Positions 60,501-64,000 of a stretch of 64,000 bases of DNA are shown here, one piece after another (the first letter of the stretch is position 1; each line of letters starts with the position of its first letter). The stretch comes from Eledone cirrhosa. Lineage: Eukaryota. Position numbers and translations under genes: made by a program. The stretch is taken from the NCBI GenBank assembly GCA_964016885.1, contig OZ024744.1:118916001-118980000 (forward strand), written 5' to 3'. The notes beneath the pieces are model-generated. The model did no database searches and was not told the origin of the DNA. It saw nothing but the letters and a program-made list of their open reading frames with translations.

Positions 60501-63500
60501 TTACTGTAACAACTGACTAATGTTACTAACATTATTACTGTAACAACTGACTAATGTTACTAACATTATTACTGAAACAACTGACTTGGTGTTACTAACA
60601 TTATTACTGTAACAACTGACTAATGTTACTAACATTTTTACTGTAACAACTGACTTGGTGTTACTAACATTATTACTGTAACAACTGACTTGGTGTTACT
60701 AACATTATTACTGTAACAACTGACTAATGTTACTAACATTATTACTGTAACAACTGACTTGGTGTTACTAACATTATTACTGTAACAACTGACTTGGTGT
60801 TACTAACATTATTACTGTAACAACTGACTTGGTGTTACTAACATTATTACTGTAACAACTGACTTGGTGTTACTAACATTATTACTGTAACAACTGACTA
60901 ATGTTACTAACATTATTACTGTAACACCTGACTTGGTGTTACTAACATTATTACTGTAACAACTGACTTGCTGTTACTAACATTATTACTGTAACAACTG
61001 ACTTGGTGTTACTAACATTATTACTGTAACAACTGACTAATGTTACTAACATTATTACTGTAACAATTGACTAATGTTACTAACATTATTACTGTAACAA
61101 CTGACTTGCTGTTACTAACATTATTACTGTAACAACTGACTTGCTGTTACTAACATTATTACTGTAACAACTGACTTGGTGTTACTAACATTATTACTGT
61201 AACAACTGACTTGCTGTTACTAACATTATTACTGTAACAATTGACTAATGCTACTAACATTATTACTGTAACAACTGACTTGGTGTTACTAACATTATTA
61301 CTGTAACAACTGACAAATGTTACTAACATTATTACTGTAACAACTGAGTTGGTGTTACTAACATTATTACTGTAACAACTAACTAATGTTACTAACATTA
61401 TTACTGTAACAACTGACTAATGTTACTAACATTATTACTGTAACAACTGACTTGGTGTTACTAACATTATTACTGTAACAACTGACTAATGTTACTAACA
61501 TTATTACTGTAACAACCGACTAATGTTACTAACATTATTACTGTAACAACTGACTAATGTTACTAACATTATTACTGTAACAACTGACTTGGTGTTACTA
61601 ACATTAATACTGTAACAACTGACTTGGTGTTACTAACATTATTACTGTAACAACTGACTTGGTGTTACTAACATTATTACTGTAACAACTGACTAATGTT
61701 ACTAACATTATTACTGTAACAACTGACTAATGTTACTAACATTATTACTGTAACAACTGACTAATGTTACTAACATTATTACTGTAACAACTGACTAATG
61801 TTACTAACATTATTACTGTAACAACTGACTTGGTGTTACTAACATTATTACTGTAACAACTGACTAATGTTACTAACATTATTACTGTAACAACTGACTT
61901 GGTGTTACTAACATTATTACTGTAACAACTGACTAATGTTACTAACATTATTACTGTAACAACTGACTTGGTGTTACTAACATTATTACTGTAACAACTG
62001 ACTAACGTTACTAACATTATTACTGTAACAACTGACTTGGTGTTACTAACATTATTACTGTAACAACTGACTTGGTGTTACTAACATTATTACTGTAACA
62101 ACTGACTAATGTTACTAACATTATTACTGTAACAACTGACTTGGTGTTACTAACATTATTACTGTAACAACTGACTTGGTGTTACTAACATTATTACTGT
62201 AACAACTGACTTGGTGTTACTAACATTATTACTGTAACAACTGACTTGGTGTTACTAACATTATTACTGTAACAACTGACTAATGTTACTAACATTATTA
62301 CTGTAACAACTGACTTGGTGTTACTAACATTATTACTGTAACAACTGACTAATGTTACTAACATTATTACTGTAACAACTGACTAATGTTACTAACATTA
62401 TTACTGTAACAACTGACTTGGTGTTACTAACATTATTACTGTAACAACTGACTAATGTTACTAACATTATTACTGTAACAACTGACTTGGTGTTACTAAC
62501 ATTATTACTGTAACAACTGACTAATGTTACTAACATTATTACTGTAACAACTGACTTGGTGTTACTAACATTATTACTGTAACAACTGACTAACGTTACT
62601 AACATTATTACTGTAACAACTGACTTGGTGTTACTAACATTATTACTGTAACAACTGACTTGGTGTTACTAACATTATTACTGTAACAACTGACTAATGT
62701 TACTAACATTATTACTGTAACAACTGACTTGGTGTTACTAACATTATTACTGTAACAACTGACTTGGTGTTACTAACATTATTACTGTAACAACTGACTT
62801 GGTGTTACTAACATTATTACTGTAACAACTGACTTGGTGTTACTAACATTATTACTGTAACAACTGACTAATGTTACTAACATTATTACTGTAACACCTG
62901 ACTTGGTGTTACTAACATTATTACTGTAACAACTGACTTGCTGTTACTAACATTATTACTGTAACAACTGACTAATGTTACTAACATTATTACTGTAACA
63001 ATTGACTAATGTTACTAACATTATTACTGTAACAACTGACTTGCTGTTACTAACATTATTACTGTAACAACTGACTTGCTGTTACTAACATTATTACTGT
63101 AACAACTGACTTGGTGTTACTAACATTATTACTGTAACAACTGACTTGCTGATACTAACATTATTACTGTAACAATTGACTTGGTGTTACTAACATTATT
63201 ACTGTAACAACTGACTAACGTTACTAACATTATTACTGTAACAACTGACTAATGGTACTAACATTATTACTGTAACAACTGACTAATGTTACTAACATTA
63301 TTACTGTAACAACTGACTTGGTGTTACTAACATTATTACTGTAACAACTGACTAATGTTACTAACATTATTACTGTAACAACTGACTAATGCTACTAACA
63401 TTATTACTGTAACAACTGACTTGGTGTTACTAACATTATTACTGTAACAACTGACAAATGTTACTAACATTATTACTGTAACAACTGAGTTGGTGTTACT

Positions 63501-64000
63501 AACATTATTACTGTAACAACTAACTAATGTTACTAACATTATTACTGTAACAACTGAGTTGGTGTTACTAACATTATTACTGTAACAACTAACTAATGTT
63601 ACTAACATTATTACTGTAACAACTGACTAATGTTACTAACATTATTACTGTAACAACTGACTTGGTGTTACTAACATTATTACTGTAACAACTGACTAAT
63701 GTTACTAACATTATTACTGTAACAACCGACTAATGTTACTAACATTATTACTGTAACAACTGACTAATGTTACTAACATTATTACTGTAACAACTGACTT
63801 GGTGTTACTAACATTAATACTGTAACAACTGACTTGGTGTTACTAACATTATTACTGTAACAACTGACTTGGTGTTACTAACATTATTACTGTAACAACT
63901 GACTAATGTTACTAACATTATTACTGTAACAACTGACTAATGTTACTAACATTATTACTGTAACAACTGACTAATGTTACTAACATTATTACTGTAACAA
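54549..64000. repeat. 34/35-bp two-variant satellite, ~270 copies, truncated by window end
   Basis: A = ctaacattattactgtaacaactgactaatgtta (34 bp); B = ctaacattattactgtaacaactgacttggtgtta (35 bp). Confidence 0.98.

Noticed and set aside
56719-63608. MLVTLVSCYSNNVSNTKSVVTVI repeat ORFs
   Set aside because: They arise only where A and B units alternate (69 nt); no coding signal.

Overview
Repeat-dominated animal genomic DNA, most likely an octopus or other coleoid cephalopod (inferred from the SINE and RTE LINE families; not proven). Most ORFs in the supplied track are repeat artefacts. The one host gene is missing from that track: six small + strand GT-AG exons (1375-1445, 17122-17220, 20004-20077, 22773-22927, 26252-26344, 37393-37488) splice in frame into the last 195 aa of a TLDc-domain, Rtc5-like protein. 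Its introns and 3' flank hold RTE, CR1 and R4/Dong LINE relics, Helitron relics, a mariner-type MITE, tRNA-derived SINEs, a ~4 kb Gypsy-type LTR element and many tandem arrays (54, 79, 48, ~54, 85, 69/73, 75 and 34/35 bp units). Highlights: (1) at least four arrays are amplified short pieces of retroelements whose parents lie in this window, and the RTE 3' UTR subrepeat is seen at 2, ~7 and ~145 copies; (2) the Gypsy element has largely readable, CpG-rich ORFs but two strongly diverged LTRs of unequal length; (3) a 9.6 kb intronic array carries ~122 copies of a near-perfect 32-bp palindrome; (4) the RTE ORF has a PHD-like C4HC3 finger inside the RT region.
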